The translations under genes were made by a program, and so were the position numbers. From contig JBBQPO010000108.1 of NCBI GenBank assembly GCA_038217285.1, forward strand, positions 1 through 18,579: DNA of 18,579 nt. The letters are read 5' to 3'. Shown here one piece after another: positions 15,249 through 18,579 of this stretch (positions are counted from its first letter, which is position 1; each line of letters opens with the position of its first letter). The stretch is from Chthonomonadales bacterium. Lineage in GTDB: Bacteria; Armatimonadota; Chthonomonadetes; Chthonomonadales; Chthonomonadaceae. The notes beneath the pieces were generated by a model. That model searched no databases, had not been told where the DNA came from, and saw only the letters and a program-made list of their open reading frames with translations.

Positions 15249-16223
15249 ATGAGGGTACTTCAGGCAGAACCGCAGGACTGGCCGAAGGCGATAGAAGAGG
15301 CCCGAACTTTGGGATGTGAGGCGATGGCATGGGCCCTTACGTCTCCGGTCGGGGAGGCCGTGCTCCAGGCGACGCAGGCAGCAGGACTGGAATCGCATGC
15401 CTGGCTGCAGGTCGCGCGTGACCCATCCGCCGTGGCGCAGCATCCCGAGTGGATGCACTGTCCTCAGCACCACGAATGGCTGACGCGCTTTCCCGACTAT
15501 TCGGGCGGGCATCCGGCCGTCGTCGCGCCCTACCTCGGCCTGAATACGCAGGCCGCTTTTCAGTACGCCCTCGCCACGGCCAGACAGAAGATCGAGGCCG
15601 CGCCCTGGGCGCGGCGGGTCTGGCTGGCCGATATTCAAGGTCCGCCGATGGGCTGTGGATGCGGCAATCCGTCCTGTCGCAGTTGGGACAATGCGCCGGG
15701 GCCGAAGCTTGCCAGCACCCCCTACGATCGTCCGGAAGTTCTGTTTCCTCTGGAGTTCTCCACCGCGCTCACGGCGGCGCTGCCGAACCGAGACGTTGTG
15801 CCCGTCCTCTGCCCGGAGTGCGAGCGGTTTATCGATCTCGACGGTGTGCCGGATCCGGACGGCCCGCAGGGCACGGACCTGTGCCAGGGAATCCCCTGCG
15901 GCGACATCTGCACCCTCCAGTATTTTCCCAGTCTGCTCGCCGGTTTCCGCCGACAGGGTGGGCAAATCGGGCTGCTCTTGATGGTGGACGCACTGGAGAA
16001 GAACCATCCTGTGTTCGGCGCGCCTCGCCAATGGGCGATGCACGCCCACCGACACTACGGAACGGATATGATCGCCTGCGTCGAACTCGAGGACGCGGGC
16101 CGGTTCGATAAGGCGCTGATCTTAACGAACGCTCCGCAGGACTGCTGGCCGGTTCCTCCCCCACCCGGCTATCGTGCCGAAGTTCCGCCGATAATGTGCG
16201 GCTACTGCCCGCCTGTGTTCTGA
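15249..16223 (+). CDS. Cysteine-rich hypothetical protein, possibly metal or Fe-S binding
   Basis: AGGAGGT RBS; 324 aa with clusters HCPQHH, CGCGNPSC, CPEC, CQGIPCGDIC and CGYC. No obvious signal peptide. Confidence 0.8.
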   Translation: MRVLQAEPQDWPKAIEEARTLGCEAMAWALTSPVGEAVLQATQAAGLESHAWLQVARDPSAVAQHPEWMHCPQHHEWLTRFPDYSGGHPAVVAPYLGLNTQAAFQYALATARQKIEAAPWARRVWLADIQGPPMGCGCGNPSCRSWDNAPGPKLASTPYDRPEVLFPLEFSTALTAALPNRDVVPVLCPECERFIDLDGVPDPDGPQGTDLCQGIPCGDICTLQYFPSLLAGFRRQGGQIGLLLMVDALEKNHPVFGAPRQWAMHAHRHYGTDMIACVELEDAGRFDKALILTNAPQDCWPVPPPPGYRAEVPPIMCGYCPPVF

Positions 16224-16410
16224 CCGGTTCATCTGCGCCTGCAAGCGCTCCCTGAGTTCTTGAGCGTCGGTACTCACTACGGATGCTCTCCCTCTTTCAC
16301 GAATATTTCGATGGCCTACGAAGCAGGCAGTCCGCCTCTTCACGTCTCGCTAGGAGAAACGGGAAGAGGCGGACCGGTATCCGATAGACGCAAGTTTGCA
16401 GGGCTCGCCC

Positions 16411-16947
16411 CTACTGTAGCATCGCGTCGACGGCCTTCTCGACCTGGGGCAGTTTGGCTGCATCCACGTCTACGAAATTGCCTTTGATCGATCCCCTCCA
16501 GATGAGTACCGTGTTTTTGGCGGAGGGGCTGATCTTGTAGGCCGCGATGTCCTCTTCGTTGACGCCCTTGGGCAGAAAGACGAGCGGGATGGTGGTTTTG
16601 TTGTCGGCCGCGATCTTCTGAATGGCGTCTTTTGCTTCGGGACCGCTCATGAAGACCACGAAGCTCTTGAGGCGCTTGGACTTATGGCTGTCGACCATTT
16701 TCTGAATGTCGGCCACCAGCTTGGTCGCCTTGGTCGCGTCGCCGTTCACGAAGACAGCGACAACGGGGGAGGCGCCGTAGGCGCAGCGATAGCAGAGTTC
16801 CTTGCCCTTGTGCGGCCCGGTGACATCGACCACCTGGAACGCGCCCGGAAATGCGCCCGGCTTGAGCCCTGACTCTACGGCGGCGAAAGCGGTCACGGCG
16901 AGCATACTTGCGGCGGCCACGAACAGGCCCAGTTTCAGTTTCCTCAT
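16411..16947 (-). CDS. Secreted thioredoxin/redoxin-like protein with CxxC (CYRC)
   Basis: AAGGAG RBS, signal peptide ending AFA, and SGLKPG..AFQVVDVTGPHKGKELCYRCAYG..PVVAVF, which resembles a redoxin-like N-terminus. Confidence 0.75.
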   Translation of the reverse strand: MRKLKLGLFVAAASMLAVTAFAAVESGLKPGAFPGAFQVVDVTGPHKGKELCYRCAYGASPVVAVFVNGDATKATKLVADIQKMVDSHKSKRLKSFVVFMSGPEAKDAIQKIAADNKTTIPLVFLPKGVNEEDIAAYKISPSAKNTVLIWRGSIKGNFVDVDAAKLPQVEKAVDAMLQ

Positions 16948-17078
16948 TCAGTCGTCTCCTTGTGTCATCCGGCGCAGAAGCCGGGCTGGATGTCGGGCGC
17001 ACCCGAGAGTACGGGCGCAGCACCGGTAGTGCGGCCCGATGAAAAAGGGGCCGATGCGTGCGAGCGCGTTAAAGCGCC

Positions 17079-18578
17079 TCATAGTTCTCTTACGTATTCG
17101 AGAAGGTCTTTTCTCTCCGCGTCAGACAGTTCGTGCGCCTTCCCATGCATCTTTTTCGGGTTCTGCTCCGAAAATACCTCCTCCAGGGTCCGTGCCTTGC
17201 CATCGTGGAGGTAAGGGTCCGTGTCGTAGACTCCGTCCAGCCGAGGCACTTGCAGGTCCATGCCCGGAGGCGTCGTACCGATCCATGCTTTCTGCCGCCC
17301 ACCCGCGCGAGGGCCGGAATGGCACGATACGCAGCCGGCTTTGCCCTCGAACAGCGCTTTGCCGCGCACGGCCGGGGCGGTGAAGGCGTTGTCGGATGCG
17401 CGGAACGGGTTCAGGGTCAGCGGCAAAGATCCCACGTAAGCCGCGAGGGCATGAACCTCGGCAGGCGTCGGTTTTTCTCCCTGGAGAAGACCCGGTATCT
17501 CCTCCTCGATAAAGCGCTCCAGACTGGGTTCGTGGCCGCTCCAGCGATACGGGCCGCTCTCCCCGATGTGGCCACGCAGACCTTTCGCGTTGCGGTCGAT
17601 CTCCTTCCCCAGCGCGTCCTTCACATGCACGAACTTCCAGGAGATGCCGTCGGTGCCGCCGTCCGGATGGCAGGAGTTGCAGCTGAACTGCCCGCCCTTG
17701 ACGATGGTCGCCGTCGTGAACAGATACCGACCCAGCAGCGTGGGGTCTTTTCGGGCTGTCGGCCCCAGATTGATTCGGCGCGTTATGCGCAGCGACTGCG
17801 GATCGACGACCGCCAGATCGTTGCCGAGCATATTCGCAACCCAGAGCTCTTTTCCGTCCGGCGTGAAGGCCAGGCCGGACGGATGCGCGCCGATGTTCCG
17901 TACCGTCAGGGTGTTCCCGTCGCCGCTTACAGGAACGATATTGAGGCTGTGGCCGCCGCTGCAGGTCACAAAAGCCCGTCTGCGCTGCGCATCCAGAACG
18001 ACGGAGTCCGGATCAGCGACATCCTGGCCCATCAGGTCGAGCCAGAGGTTCTGGACGCCGTTGCGGGGACCGTCCGGAACTTGAAGGAACGCCTGATTGG
18101 ACCAGATCCCGATCGAGGTCTCCGTCGGCCTCTCGTTCTGGGCGCGCTGCCCGACGACGAACGCCTGACGCCCGTCCGGAAACACGGCGATTCCGCGCAG
18201 GTTTACGGCGGGCGTCCGCCCCTGCGCGGTTTCGATGCGGGTGGCGGTGTCCAGGTAGCTGATGGAGCCGGCGGTCATGTTCGCGGTGACGACCGTCGCG
18301 CCATCGGGGGTGATGGCCAGCGCGCGGGGTCGGCGACCGGTCGGGATCGTGCCCACGATCTTACGCGCCGCCACATCTATAATCGCGACCTGATCGAGTT
18401 GGCTGACCGAAACGTAGGCGCGGGCTCCATCCGGCGACAACACCACATCCCACGGCGCGCCCCGAAGCGGCAGAATCTCTGCCTTGCAGGCGTTCAGATC
18501 CACAAAGGCGACGGAGCCGCTGAGGCTGTTGGTCACGACCGCTAGCGCGCCATTCGGAGTGACTGCAACCCCCGTCGG
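17079..18578 (-). CDS. YVTN-type beta-propeller plus di-heme cytochrome c (cytochrome c peroxidase/MauG-like C-terminus); 5' end lies outside the window
   Basis: Propeller repeats (PTGVAVTPNG, PWDVVLSPDG, PRALAITPDG, PSGLAFTPDG), two CxxCH motifs (CNSCH, CVSCH), and PYLHDG..TLEEV..DLLEYVREL. The frame is open to the window edge. Confidence 0.88.
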   Translation of the reverse strand, partial: PTGVAVTPNGALAVVTNSLSGSVAFVDLNACKAEILPLRGAPWDVVLSPDGARAYVSVSQLDQVAIIDVAARKIVGTIPTGRRPRALAITPDGATVVTANMTAGSISYLDTATRIETAQGRTPAVNLRGIAVFPDGRQAFVVGQRAQNERPTETSIGIWSNQAFLQVPDGPRNGVQNLWLDLMGQDVADPDSVVLDAQRRRAFVTCSGGHSLNIVPVSGDGNTLTVRNIGAHPSGLAFTPDGKELWVANMLGNDLAVVDPQSLRITRRINLGPTARKDPTLLGRYLFTTATIVKGGQFSCNSCHPDGGTDGISWKFVHVKDALGKEIDRNAKGLRGHIGESGPYRWSGHEPSLERFIEEEIPGLLQGEKPTPAEVHALAAYVGSLPLTLNPFRASDNAFTAPAVRGKALFEGKAGCVSCHSGPRAGGRQKAWIGTTPPGMDLQVPRLDGVYDTDPYLHDGKARTLEEVFSEQNPKKMHGKAHELSDAERKDLLEYVREL

Positions 18579-18579
18579 C

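Overview
GC-rich bacterial accessory region. The PEP-CTERM protein and the secreted glycan/redox proteins suggest an Armatimonadota- or PVC-like organism (inference). From left to right: a short hypothetical CDS; a REP/MITE-like inverted doublet next to a truncated PIN toxin with its antitoxin intact; a three-gene ABC-2 type transporter operon with a perfect TTGACA-N17-TATAAT promoter, bracketed by related REP-like hairpins; back-to-back 5'-truncated LysR and acyl carrier protein remnants; an operon encoding a ThuA-ThuA-LamG-PQQ dehydrogenase fusion and a clan GH-A-like glycoside hydrolase; a PEP-CTERM gene with a sigma-54 type promoter; a degraded hypothetical gene; and a redox cluster. The main finding is in the redox cluster. 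The two split ORFs 13989..14789 and 14811..15182 are one in-frame gene (14145..15182) whose TGA lies at the second position of the AhpD CxxC motif (CKF-UGA-LGSH) and is followed by a SECIS-like hairpin. This predicts an exported selenoprotein made of a signal peptide, a Cys-less thioredoxin-like domain and an AhpD domain. Its neighbours are a Cys-rich hypothetical protein, a secreted CYRC protein and a beta-propeller/di-heme cytochrome c protein. All family assignments are by motif recognition; no database searches were run.
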